From an archaeon (GTDB lineage: Archaea; Nanobdellota; Nanobdellia; Woesearchaeales; GW2011-AR9), in contig JAHFSD010000003.1 of assembly GCA_023265925.1 (NCBI GenBank), positions 1 through 51,481 of the forward strand: 51,481 nt of DNA, written 5' to 3'. Positions 1 through 9,577 of the stretch are shown here, piece by piece. Under the pieces are notes generated by a model that ran no database searches, had not been told where the DNA came from, and saw only the letters and a program-made list of their open reading frames with translations. How positions within the stretch are numbered: the stretch's first letter is position 1; each line of letters begins with the position of its first letter. Both the position numbers and the translations under genes were made by a program.

Positions 1-1511
1 GTAAGTCCATAGGTTCCTGCTTGTGCAGATGTTGGCGTCCAGCTAAAAGTGGCAGTGCCATCCCAATGATTGACTAAACCAGCTCCTGCTGGCCAGCCGC
101 TCGTGGCAAAAATTAAAGCATCGCCATCCGCGTCCGTTGCCGAAACGGTAAATTGTAATAGTTCTCCTTCGTCCACACTTTGATCATCAACTGGTGCAAC
201 GACAGGAGCATTGTTAGTGTTGAGGACAGTAATCGTAACCGTCTCTAAATCATATAAAGCAGCACTATCCATCGCCCGGAAGGTTACTTGATGTTGTCCG
301 GCCTGGGTCAGAGTTGGCGTCCAGCTGAATTGTCCGGTTTGCTGATTAAAAGCTGCCCCTGTAGGGAGATTCGTTGATTCTAATGAGAAAGCATCACCAT
401 CAGGATCGCTGGCAGAAACAGTAAATTGCAGGAGTTGTCCTTCGCTTACCTGTTTATTGCCAATTGGATTCAATACCGGTGCACGATTAGTATTGGCTAC
501 CGTAATCGTATAGCTTTGTGTAACCGTACCTATTCCATCAGCAACCTGAACCGTTACGTCATGCTGTCCGGTCTGGTCAAAGGTCGGCGTCCAGCGCACC
601 ACATTGTTGGGCGTTAAGCTCATTCCTGCCGGCCCGGCCATCAGGGAAAAAGTCAAAGCATCTTCAGCATCGGCATCGGTTGCCGTGAGCGGATAGACAT
701 AATAAGCATTTTCTTTTCCCGGCGTAACCGGCGTAGAAGTAAATACGGGCAACCTATTGACGTCATTCACGGTAAAATCAGCATATTCCCAATTTCCAAA
801 GCGTTCTCCATCAAAAGCATGGAGGCGCATTCCTGCCGTTCGTTCGGCATTAGGATGTTTCACGAAATCAAATCCGGGCGTAAAGCTTAATGCGCCGGTC
901 TGTTGATTAAAAGTCATTCCTGGCAATAATCGGTTCTGGGAGGAAGGGGTAAATGCTTCCGCAACATTGCAGAGCCAGACACCTTTACAGTCACGCCGGG
1001 CAACATAGGTAACAGCATCGCCGTCAGCATCAGAGCCGGAAGCGGTTAATGCCAGCGTTGCCCCTTCATTGAGTTCCTGATCCGCGACCGGATTCATGGT
1101 GGGGGAGGTTTCGACGTGAAGATTGAGCCAGGCCGTCGAATCGCCATCAACATTGAGAACATGGACACGGACAAGATAATCACCAGCCAAATCACTGGTA
1201 GGAACATTAAAGGTTTGGAAATAGTTTGAATTTAAATTTGCCGGAACAAAGGTCTGGATGACTTCTTGTACCACCGTATTTCCCCGTAATACCTGTATCC
1301 AGAGGGCAAAATCGTTGGTGCTCGTGACCAAAACAAATAAGGGCGGGCTTTCACCCTGTGCAACAGCAATGGAATTGGTATTGCCGTCAGTCCATAAACT
1401 GGTCACAGCTATCGAATCAGCATAGGCAATGGAGGCGACTGTTGCCATCAGCATCACTAAACTGATTGTCCAGGCGATGATGTTTCGTGAGTTTCGTGAT
1501 GGTGTGTTCAT
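1..1511 (-). CDS. Secreted surface protein with tandem cadherin/putative-Ig (He_PIG-like) repeats; truncated at window start
   Basis: Hand-translated minus frame (not in the ORF track because it runs off the edge): MNTPSRNSRNIIAWTISLVMLMATVASIAYADS signal peptide, then at least 4 repeats of about 93 aa with DQxVxEG...SATDxDGD...FSWTPT motifs. GAGGA SD precedes ATG 1511; an upstream in-frame ATG lies at 1550. Confidence 0.8.
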   Translation of the reverse strand, partial: MNTPSRNSRNIIAWTISLVMLMATVASIAYADSIAVTSLWTDGNTNSIAVAQGESPPLFVLVTSTNDFALWIQVLRGNTVVQEVIQTFVPANLNSNYFQTFNVPTSDLAGDYLVRVHVLNVDGDSTAWLNLHVETSPTMNPVADQELNEGATLALTASGSDADGDAVTYVARRDCKGVWLCNVAEAFTPSSQNRLLPGMTFNQQTGALSFTPGFDFVKHPNAERTAGMRLHAFDGERFGNWEYADFTVNDVNRLPVFTSTPVTPGKENAYYVYPLTATDADAEDALTFSLMAGPAGMSLTPNNVVRWTPTFDQTGQHDVTVQVADGIGTVTQSYTITVANTNRAPVLNPIGNKQVSEGQLLQFTVSASDPDGDAFSLESTNLPTGAAFNQQTGQFSWTPTLTQAGQHQVTFRAMDSAALYDLETVTITVLNTNNAPVVAPVDDQSVDEGELLQFTVSATDADGDALIFATSGWPAGAGLVNHWDGTATFSWTPTSAQAGTYGL

Positions 1512-1566
1512 GTTTGATCCTCGCTGTTCGTTTCCTATTTTGTTTCCCATAGTGAAAATTAAAAAA

Positions 1567-3000
1567 TTAAAATCTAAACCGCAGGCCGCCACTGCTTACA
1601 ACTTCCTTCGTGTGGCTGTCTACCCCTAATTTTCCTTCCAGGCAGACTCGGTTTTTATAGCAGAGATCAACCTGCGCACGGGGAACGACCGAGTAAACTG
1701 TTCTGGCGCTGGTTTCTTCTCCCGTTACCACCTGAGCGTCGCCAACGAGGTTACCGGTACCGGCAGCGTCAGAAAGCTGAGTTGTTCTCATTGTTTCTGT
1801 CGTTGATTTTTCTTCTCCCCGATAGGCTGTTGCTCCTACTCCGGCAGCAACGGAGAAGCGTCTGCTGTTTCGTGGCCGGAAATCTCTCGTCCAGGCAGAA
1901 ACGCCGGCTCCAGCCAGGTAACGCATCTGTACTTCTGTTTCACTCTGTTCTAATGTTAGTTGCTGGTATCCTGATCCTACCGGAGAGGTTGTTGCCTCCG
2001 CAGAGGATGATTCTGATTCGACGGGTTGTCCACCAACCGCTTCTGCTCCGACACACAGTCGTCCTTTCTTTCCGACAGCACAGACATCTGCTCCCACGGC
2101 GGCAGCAGAAGCGCCACCAAAGTTCAGGTAGTCAGCATGCGGCTCGACGCTCCATTTTCGTGGATCGAGGCGATGGGCCAGATTGCCTTCAATGCGCCCG
2201 CGAAGTCTGGCGGCGCGCCAATCGTAGCCACGTTGTGCATCTGCACACTCTTCGGTTAATTTTTTAACAGCGCCGTCTTTCACTCGATATTCCTGTTCCA
2301 GTTTCTCAATTTGTGCTCTTAAGCTGGTGGCACGTTCGGTCCGCTGCTGGTCAGTCAGAGTAGTCTCAGCCTGCAATGCTAAGACTTGATCGTTGAGTCC
2401 TTTTCGTTGTGCCAAATAGGCATTTTCACCTTCTGCTACTTTTCGATGGGCTCCATATGCTTGCCCACACGTTCTCAGCATCGCATCTTTCTGCCCCGTA
2501 AGGTCAGCAAAGAGATTATTGACAATTCCCGTCAGATAGGTTAAGCCAGCACTTTTCTGCAGGTTCTCAACGGTTTGTCTGATGGTTGCGTAGCTTTCCA
2601 GACTGGTAATCATATCACTTATGACTTGCCGATTAGTTTGTGTCACTTCTGCCAATCCTGCTACTCTGCCTTGCCAGTCTCTTAATTCGCTTTCCAGCCG
2701 GCCAAGTTGTTTCTGGGTTCTGCTTGGGCCAACTTTCTTTTGGGGAGCTGGTGGGCATTGTTGTTGAGGTGGACATGTAGCTGGTTGTGCAGCTGCCGGT
2801 TTTCCTGACGGAGCTGGATCACGACCTGGCCGGACTCCTAATTCACCAGATCCCTGTGTGGGGGCAGCTGCCGGTCCTGATGGATCGGAAGCTTCCACTC
2901 CCCTGGCTTTAAGCTCCTGAGCATACCCAGTACTACCAGCCATCAGATAGGTACTAATTCCTAACGTTGTTCCGACAATCAAATTTTTGGCGAATGACAT
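1567..3000 (-). CDS. Secreted protein: signal peptide, Pro/Gln-rich linker, long coiled coil, C-terminal beta-strand-rich (barrel-like) domain
   Basis: 477-aa ORF with GGAGG SD, hydrophobic N-terminus, heptad-rich middle, amphipathic strands ending GGLRFRF. Confidence 0.75.
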   Translation of the reverse strand: MSFAKNLIVGTTLGISTYLMAGSTGYAQELKARGVEASDPSGPAAAPTQGSGELGVRPGRDPAPSGKPAAAQPATCPPQQQCPPAPQKKVGPSRTQKQLGRLESELRDWQGRVAGLAEVTQTNRQVISDMITSLESYATIRQTVENLQKSAGLTYLTGIVNNLFADLTGQKDAMLRTCGQAYGAHRKVAEGENAYLAQRKGLNDQVLALQAETTLTDQQRTERATSLRAQIEKLEQEYRVKDGAVKKLTEECADAQRGYDWRAARLRGRIEGNLAHRLDPRKWSVEPHADYLNFGGASAAAVGADVCAVGKKGRLCVGAEAVGGQPVESESSSAEATTSPVGSGYQQLTLEQSETEVQMRYLAGAGVSAWTRDFRPRNSRRFSVAAGVGATAYRGEEKSTTETMRTTQLSDAAGTGNLVGDAQVVTGEETSARTVYSVVPRAQVDLCYKNRVCLEGKLGVDSHTKEVVSSGGLRFRF

Positions 3001-3017
3001 TTTGTTTTCCTCCTTGC

Positions 3018-4754
3018 TTATTTGTAAAATTCCACAAATGGTTTATCATCTGCTATCCCTTCACAAACACCTCTTTCTTCAAGAGCAGATACAAATGGAC
3101 TTTCCGTTTCTTTGTATCCACCCATAGCAGTATGTAAATTTTTTAATCCTTTCTCACAACCTGGACCAGGAATTCTGACATATCTTAATCTACCGGTGTA
3201 TTCAGCAGCAATTCTGCTCAATGCTTTCGGATCACGAATGTTTGCCTTAATTCTTTCGGCAGTGGTTCCAGCAAGTGTGCGTTTCAGCTCGATTATTCGG
3301 TCTACTGCCACGTTATATCCTTCCCGGAATTGCTTTTCACCCTGCTCGGCCGTGTTCGCCCTTCGCATCTCAGCATCATACATCCCCTGCCAGGCTGCCT
3401 GTTCTTTCTTCCACAACGCTCCCGCCGACCCTTCTCGCAATCTTCTGGCTTCTTCATTCCGCGTTGAGTAATCGTGCTGCAAATCTTTATTCTCTTTACT
3501 TAGACTTTGAACTTGAACTGCTCTCGTGTAAGCAGCCTCCCGATATTTTGTAGCCTCAACTGTCATGAACTTGTATGCCACTACTGCTCCCACAACTGCA
3601 ACAGTTGCGAAAACACCTAAAAATTTATATCTCTTTAACTGTATCCTTTCCTGCTGCAATTGCTGATACAATATACCTGACTGCTTTTCCCGTTCTGCCA
3701 ACAGATCTGACCGCTTATCTCTTACTTTCTCGGCAGCTTCTCGAAATTCTCGTTCTCTTGATACCTCTCCCGCCAGGCGCAAATTCTCCGCTTTCGCTCT
3801 CAGACATTCAGGAAGCTGACTAACCAGGCGGCGATGTTCTTCTTCCATTAAATCGTCCAGAGTCTCAGTGATTTCTTCATCATCCCGATTAATCTGGAAA
3901 TGCTGGAGCCGTGCTTCTCCCTGTTTCTGTAGTCCCTGGATTACATATTGTTGTACCTGCTCCAAAGAATAGGGAAGATACATATCGTCTACATTCCGCG
4001 CAAAGGCGCTGGCAACGTTCACGGCAGCAATTTTGTCTTCGGGCGTTTCTGCCGGCTCAGCGAGCAATTTATCAAGAGTGTTAAGATAATGCTCGACAAC
4101 TTCAGTTCCCCGGCACTGCACCGTTTCGGCGAAGAACTCCAAAATATATTTTATCCTTTCACCAGCTTTGCCACTATGCGGCATACTTAATCCAGGATGT
4201 TGCTGCTCCAGGAAGGAAAAGTATTGTTCGTAGGCTATTCTGGCCGACATGAAATCGCCCGTGTCCCAGCCTGACTGCAATTTTGCGGTGAGGTCCTGTC
4301 GTAACTGCTGCCTGCGCAGGGTATCAGCTTCCTCATACAGTCCTAGCTCTACTTCGACCGGTTGGAGAGAAATGATTGTCTGATCAATTTCTGGCCGTGT
4401 TTCCAATGGAGTACCTGATGGAGCAGCAGCATTTCCTAATGATCTTTCCCCAACGATGTCGGTATCATCTACCAGAACATCTGCTCCATCCTCATCCGGA
4501 ACAGCATCTACCGGAACAGCACCAAATGCGCTCGTGGGCAGATATTGAAGAAGACACGTACGTACTTGAGCTTCGGGAACCAGAATTTCTTCTGAGGGTC
4601 TTTCCGGGTTGATCCGATAAAAATGTGAGCCTCTTATAATATAATTTCCGACCGAGAGGCTATCGCGAGCTTCCTCCAGAGTTAATTCTCTCCCTAGGAG
4701 CCGTACTACCGCTACTAATCTCTCCAAGGTATTCTCTTCTTCGATTGGTGCCAT
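3018..4754 (-). CDS. Hypothetical single-pass membrane coiled-coil protein
   Basis: 578-aa ORF with one TM segment (FLGVFATVAVVGAVVAYKF) flanked by charged helical regions; 17 bp upstream of the 1567-3000 gene. Confidence 0.75.
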   Translation of the reverse strand: MAPIEEENTLERLVAVVRLLGRELTLEEARDSLSVGNYIIRGSHFYRINPERPSEEILVPEAQVRTCLLQYLPTSAFGAVPVDAVPDEDGADVLVDDTDIVGERSLGNAAAPSGTPLETRPEIDQTIISLQPVEVELGLYEEADTLRRQQLRQDLTAKLQSGWDTGDFMSARIAYEQYFSFLEQQHPGLSMPHSGKAGERIKYILEFFAETVQCRGTEVVEHYLNTLDKLLAEPAETPEDKIAAVNVASAFARNVDDMYLPYSLEQVQQYVIQGLQKQGEARLQHFQINRDDEEITETLDDLMEEEHRRLVSQLPECLRAKAENLRLAGEVSREREFREAAEKVRDKRSDLLAEREKQSGILYQQLQQERIQLKRYKFLGVFATVAVVGAVVAYKFMTVEATKYREAAYTRAVQVQSLSKENKDLQHDYSTRNEEARRLREGSAGALWKKEQAAWQGMYDAEMRRANTAEQGEKQFREGYNVAVDRIIELKRTLAGTTAERIKANIRDPKALSRIAAEYTGRLRYVRIPGPGCEKGLKNLHTAMGGYKETESPFVSALEERGVCEGIADDKPFVEFYK

Positions 4755-4885
4755 AATTATTAGTCATAAACAACATTATACCACCCCGTTATCAGCTTCA
4801 ATACCACTCCAAAGTAGCCGCTTATATATAAATCTTTTGGATAATCTTTATCCCCTAAAGTAGTGACGGGAAAACGCCGTATCCC

Positions 4886-6073
4886 TCAAAAAAACACTTT
4901 CATGATCTGATAGAGAATGCCCAGCGCAAACATGCTTATTAAGGTTATGCCGACCGGTTTCAGCAGCGGAAGGCTGTATTCTGGTGTACGGTCCCCTTTC
5001 AGTTTGGCTTTCCAGTACATCAGGACGATTAAAATTCCATCTAACCCGCCCGACAAGACGCCGGTAACGCCCAGAACGGCTATAAATGTGGTGAGCTTAA
5101 AGACCGCAACAAGGAGTGGAAAGGAAAACGTGGCAAGAAGAGCAACATTCCTCGATATGTTATAATCATACTGATAGGTTTCCAGCAGCGCTAAGCCCAG
5201 GGTAAAAAAAGAGGTTGCCATGGTCAGGACGGCTAAGATGTTAGCCAGGATACCGAGGAGCGGGCTGGAATACAAACTTAAGGCGACGGTGGCAATGCGT
5301 TCATTCGGTTTCAGAATTTCGAATTGTTCTATTCCCACCATGCCCATAATGACGACGGTAAACAGCAGGTAGACAAAAATGGGAAAGATCGAGCCGATCA
5401 GAATGGCTTTTTTCATTTTTTTCTTTTCCCGCCCTAACTCTTCCTGCATTTCCGGGATCGCCGCCGAGCCGACAAAGGCAAATACGGTAATGCCATAGGG
5501 AAGGAGAAGTTTGGTCAGGTCGTGGCCGCTAAAATTGGCAGGATTAAGACGGTCCCAGGAGAGGAAACCAATGGCCAGCACAATCACTATCAGCGTCGAA
5601 ACTAAAATAAGTTCCGCCTCGCCGGTCGTTTTAATGCCGCGATAGACAATATAGAAAGCCAGAATAAAGAAGATGATGGTATAGAACGTCGGGGAGCCTA
5701 CTTTAAAGATGACCTGCAGCGCTGTCCCTTCCCCGATTAGATACGCGGTCAGGGCGCCATAAATGCCCACCAGCATGGAAAAAGCCATGATTTTTTTTCC
5801 CGTGGGACCCAGATATTTTCCGGCATAGCCGGTCAGCTGGTGCTGCTGTCTAGTGCGCAGAACGACTTCACCAAGGAACAGGTTGAGGAAGATGAACGAG
5901 ATGCCAATCAACACGATCAGGATCAATCCATAGAGAAAGCCCGCCCGGGCGATGGCGTAGGGTATACCTAAGATGCCGGCGCCAATCACCGTCCCGATTA
6001 AGGTGGTCGCAGCGATGGCAGTACGATGGCGCAGGAAAAAGCCAGTAGTCTGTTCACCTCTTTTTTTGAACAT
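4886..6073 (-). CDS. Aromatic amino acid permease (Trp/Tyr permease-like, APC superfamily)
   Basis: GTVIGAGILGIPY motif in TM1 and about 11 hydrophobic segments. Confidence 0.85.
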   Translation of the reverse strand: MFKKRGEQTTGFFLRHRTAIAATTLIGTVIGAGILGIPYAIARAGFLYGLILIVLIGISFIFLNLFLGEVVLRTRQQHQLTGYAGKYLGPTGKKIMAFSMLVGIYGALTAYLIGEGTALQVIFKVGSPTFYTIIFFILAFYIVYRGIKTTGEAELILVSTLIVIVLAIGFLSWDRLNPANFSGHDLTKLLLPYGITVFAFVGSAAIPEMQEELGREKKKMKKAILIGSIFPIFVYLLFTVVIMGMVGIEQFEILKPNERIATVALSLYSSPLLGILANILAVLTMATSFFTLGLALLETYQYDYNISRNVALLATFSFPLLVAVFKLTTFIAVLGVTGVLSGGLDGILIVLMYWKAKLKGDRTPEYSLPLLKPVGITLISMFALGILYQIMKVFF

Positions 6074-6149
6074 GAGTTTAGGGAGGCATTATAGACTATA
6101 TATAGGTTTTGCTGGCTAAGGCTATGTCTGTTGTCCCGAAACTACTTTA

Positions 6150-6184
6150 CATATAATTAACCACTTCAGGTGGTTAATTATATG
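6150..6184. repeat. Perfect 15-bp inverted repeat with 5-nt spacer
   Basis: catataattaaccac-ttcag-gtggttaattatatg, between the divergent permease and rps2 promoters. Confidence 0.9.
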
Positions 6185-6231
6185 AATAAACTATAAATGG
6201 GATAGCACACCTACCCCGAAGATGCAAAATG

Positions 6232-6239
6232 TTTATAAA
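6232..6239 (+). promoter_or_regulatory. TATA box for rps2 transcript
   Basis: TTTATAAA preceded by A-rich BRE-like gcaaaatg. Confidence 0.55.
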
Positions 6240-6377
6240 TAACGCCCGGTCCCAACAGGACAAAGCCAACGCCTATCTGTCATAGGGTAGCGCAGCGCTG
6301 CGTGAGGCGAAAGAAACCGCAGACAGGAAGTGAAGTTCTTCTTGCCGTGTGGTTTATTCCTTTGGAGGAAAATTAAC

Positions 6378-6980
6378 ATGGCCGAACAAGAAACTTTATT
6401 AATTGACTCGAACGAGTACCTGAAGTCCGGCATCCATATCGGCACTAAATTCAAGACCAAGTACATGGCCAACTTTATCTATAAGACCAGGCCAGACGGA
6501 CTCAGCGTTCTTAATCTGAAGCGGGTGGATGAACGAATCGGGCTAGCTGCCAACCTGCTGGCACAATATAACCCGGAAGACATCCTGGTGGTGAGCCGGC
6601 GGGAAAATGGCTGGAAGGCCCTGCGGCAGCTTAACAAATTGACTGGCATGCACGTGATTGTCGGCAGGTATCCACCCGGTATCCTGACCAATCCTAATTT
6701 GGAAACGTTTACCGAGCCAAAAATAATGGTGGTCTGCGACCCGTGGCCGGACAAGAATGCCGTTGATGATGCTGCTATTGTCGGCATTCCGGTGATTGCC
6801 ATCTGCGACACCAATAACCAATCCAATAAGCTGGATCTGGTGGTGCCCTCCAATAATAAAGGGAAGAAGTCGGTAGGATTAGTGTTTTACCTCATTTCCC
6901 GGGAGTATCTGAAAAAGAGGGGGATGATTCAGTCGGAAGAGGAATTCACGGCGAAGATTGAAGATTTTACGGAGGAGTAA
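6378..6980 (+). CDS. rps2: 30S ribosomal protein uS2 (archaeal type)
   Basis: YLKSGIHIGTK, RYPPGILTN, DPWPDKNAV, CDTNN motifs. GGAGG SD supports ATG 6378 over the ORF-track start at 6330. Confidence 0.97.
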   Translation: MAEQETLLIDSNEYLKSGIHIGTKFKTKYMANFIYKTRPDGLSVLNLKRVDERIGLAANLLAQYNPEDILVVSRRENGWKALRQLNKLTGMHVIVGRYPPGILTNPNLETFTEPKIMVVCDPWPDKNAVDDAAIVGIPVIAICDTNNQSNKLDLVVPSNNKGKKSVGLVFYLISREYLKKRGMIQSEEEFTAKIEDFTEE

Positions 6981-6985
6981 GAATC

Positions 6986-7258
6986 ATGACGGAAGAACTG
7001 CAGGAAGATGACCACACCATAAACTTATATTGGTTTCCGGAACCTTTATGTAAAGTACAGGAAAGTGAGTCTCTACTGGAGATTATAACTGCTGTAGAAA
7101 GAAAGGGATATTCAACACGGCACCTTTGTCAAACTCTTTATCATGGTGGAAAAGGGCATTTACAAATATATCGGGGAACTGAAAGGCAGGGTGTAGTAAG
7201 ATCGAAAGATGAAGAGGGAAAAGTAAAGTATCAGCTCTATCTTATGGTTGATGAATAA
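6986..7258 (+). CDS. Hypothetical protein
   Basis: 90-aa ORF starting 5 nt after the rps2 stop; no recognised motif. Confidence 0.55.
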   Translation: MTEELQEDDHTINLYWFPEPLCKVQESESLLEIITAVERKGYSTRHLCQTLYHGGKGHLQIYRGTERQGVVRSKDEEGKVKYQLYLMVDE

Positions 7259-7319
7259 ATTGTTTTGGAGCACCATTTTCCACAATCTTTAAAAGCGCTG
7301 TTTCAACTTCCAGCCCAGA

Positions 7320-8291
7320 ATGAAAAAAGTCGTGGTTATTGGTGGTGGAACCGGGAATTTTGTCGTTCTCCGTGGATTAAAGAACTTTCCCGTGGATTTG
7401 AGTGCGATCGTCTCGATGGCCGATGACGGCGGCAGCACCGGCATTCTCCGTGATGAGCTTGGTGTGCTTCCTCCCGGTGACGTGCGGCAATGTTTAGTGG
7501 CTTTATCCGATTCCAGCCGGCTGATGAGAAGCCTGATGAGTTACCGCTTTGAAAATGGCGGCTTGCAAGGACATAGTTTTGGCAATTTGCTGCTCTCGGC
7601 ACTGGAAAAAGTAACCGGCAGTTTTGAAAAGGCAGTGGAGGAAGCCGGGAAAATTCTCTCCATCAAAGGCAAAGTCATTCCGGTGACGACGCATCAAACC
7701 CGGCTGAAAATGGTCCTCAAGAACGGAAAAATGCTGGAGGGTGAGGGGCAGGTGTATGTATCACGGGAAATAGATCAAGGCTACAGCACTATCTACCTGG
7801 AACCGTTTCCCAAAGCTGACGTTCATGCTCTTGATGAAATCCGGAATGCCGACTTGATCGTGCTGGGACCGGGCGGACTCTACACCTCCTTAATTCCCAA
7901 CTTGCTGGTGGAAGGCGTCAGCCAGGCCTTACAGAAAACTCAAGCCAGGAAAGCGCTGGTGATCAATCTCATGAATAAGCACGGGCAAACGACCGGATTT
8001 CGGGCAAGTGATTACCTGCGGGAACTGCAGCGCTTTACCGGCAGGGACGTGTTTGATTTCATCATCGTGAATAACGGCAGGCCCGCAGCAGAATTGATTG
8101 AGATTTATGCTGATGAGGGAACCTTAGTCGAGAACGATCTTACCGATTCCCGCGTTATTGCTGCCGATCTGCTGGATAATCATAAAGCAGAGTATAGCAG
8201 TGCGGACGTGCTGGCCAGACATCGGGCCTTCATCCGCCATGATGCCAAAAAATTAGCCGCGGAGCTGATGGCTATTGTTGATAATCTTTGA
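7320..8291 (+). CDS. YvcK/GlmR (UPF0052, CofD-like) family protein
   Basis: VVIGGGTG, DDGGSTGILRDELGVLPPGDVR, GHSFGNL and GPGGLYTSLIPNL motifs. Confidence 0.92.
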   Translation: MKKVVVIGGGTGNFVVLRGLKNFPVDLSAIVSMADDGGSTGILRDELGVLPPGDVRQCLVALSDSSRLMRSLMSYRFENGGLQGHSFGNLLLSALEKVTGSFEKAVEEAGKILSIKGKVIPVTTHQTRLKMVLKNGKMLEGEGQVYVSREIDQGYSTIYLEPFPKADVHALDEIRNADLIVLGPGGLYTSLIPNLLVEGVSQALQKTQARKALVINLMNKHGQTTGFRASDYLRELQRFTGRDVFDFIIVNNGRPAAELIEIYADEGTLVENDLTDSRVIAADLLDNHKAEYSSADVLARHRAFIRHDAKKLAAELMAIVDNL

Positions 8292-8322
8292 TCCTTTCCG
8301 GAGGAAAGACTAAAAATTAAAA

Positions 8323-8802
8323 ATGTTAATCATTTTTGATTTGGACGGTACCTTGTATGATCGTGCCGGTCAAGTGCCGGATAATTATACTGAGCAGGAC
8401 CTTCAGCAGCTGAAACCTTTTCCTGGCGTGAAAGAATTCTTACAGTCCTTTTCCGGCACAAAAATATTGGTGACGAAGGAAACTGATCCAGGATTACAGG
8501 ATAAAAAGATTAATGCTCTGGGTATTCGCCCTTATTTCCATTCCATTTACATCTGCCATACTGATGAAGAAAAGAAAAAATCATTTCAGGAGATACAGCA
8601 ACAATTCCCCGGGGAAGAGCTGGTCGTGGTAGGCGATCGGATTGATCTGGAAGTGAAATTCGGCAAGGAGCTGGGGCTGAAGACGGTCTGGATGCGCCAA
8701 GGAAAGCATCGGGACCGCCGGCCTCAAGAGTATTGGGAAGTGCCGGATTACGAAATCTCGGAATTTTCCGAATTGGCGGAGGTGCTGCCCTCTCCACCAT
8801 GA
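8323..8802 (+). CDS. HAD-superfamily hydrolase
   Basis: Motif I IFDLDGTL and motif IV VGDRIDLEV. Confidence 0.9.
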   Translation: MLIIFDLDGTLYDRAGQVPDNYTEQDLQQLKPFPGVKEFLQSFSGTKILVTKETDPGLQDKKINALGIRPYFHSIYICHTDEEKKKSFQEIQQQFPGEELVVVGDRIDLEVKFGKELGLKTVWMRQGKHRDRRPQEYWEVPDYEISEFSELAEVLPSPP

Positions 8803-9515
8803 AAGCGGTCATTCTCGCTGCGGGGAAAGGGGTGCGAATGCTGCCTTTAACGGAAGATAAGCCCAAAGTTTTGATTGAGATCAGTGGAAAACCTTTTTTG
8901 TGGTATGTGCTTGAAAACCTGCGAAAGGCCGGCGTGACTGAACTCGGAATCGTGGTAAACCATAAAAAAGAGAAAATGGAAGAATTCCTGGAAAAATATG
9001 CGATTCCGGCAACAGTCATCCAACAGCTTGAGCCGCGGGGAACAGGCGATGCTCTCAAGCACGCCAAAGCCTTTTGCGGGAAAGAGCAGTTCCTGGTAGT
9101 GTCCGGGGATAATTTATATTCCGTTGAGGATTTGAACCTGGTGCAGCGTCCCGATGATTTTTGTTACATTGTTGGCAAAGAAGTTCAGGACTGGCAGCGC
9201 TATGGCGTGTTAGTGACAGAACGGGATAAAGAGACCGAAAGAGATACGCTAGTGCGAATCGTTGAAAAACCGAAAGAGTTTGTGGGTAATTTGATTAACA
9301 CTGGTTTATACAAATGTACTGCTGCTATTTGGCCTGCTTTGGATAAGATGGGGCTCTCCCCCCGGGGAGAATACGAACTGACCGAGGCGATTTCAATTTT
9401 AGCCCAAGAAGGGAAAGTGAACGTGCTGAAGTCACGTGGCTACTGGCTGGATTTGGGAAGTAAGGGGGATATACCTAAAATAGAGTCTTTCTTGAAGCAA
9501 GAGAACAGGCGATAA
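8799..9515 (+). CDS. Sugar-phosphate nucleotidyltransferase (GlmU N-terminal/RmlA-like)
   Basis: AVILAAGKGVRMLPLTEDKPK, GTGDAL, IVEKP, GEYELTEAI. ATGA overlap with the HAD stop sets the start at 8799. Confidence 0.9.
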   Translation: MKAVILAAGKGVRMLPLTEDKPKVLIEISGKPFLWYVLENLRKAGVTELGIVVNHKKEKMEEFLEKYAIPATVIQQLEPRGTGDALKHAKAFCGKEQFLVVSGDNLYSVEDLNLVQRPDDFCYIVGKEVQDWQRYGVLVTERDKETERDTLVRIVEKPKEFVGNLINTGLYKCTAAIWPALDKMGLSPRGEYELTEAISILAQEGKVNVLKSRGYWLDLGSKGDIPKIESFLKQENRR

Positions 9516-9577
9516 CTGGTGCGATGATTCTGATTCCGACTGCTCTATTCACAAAAAGGATACGAAGGAGGGGACGT

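Noticed and set aside
6255-6300. c-di-GMP-I (GEMM) riboswitch resemblance (GACAAAGCC...CCTA...TAGGGTAGCG)
   Set aside because: The upstream GGCAAAC...GNRA hairpin is missing, so the match is only partial.
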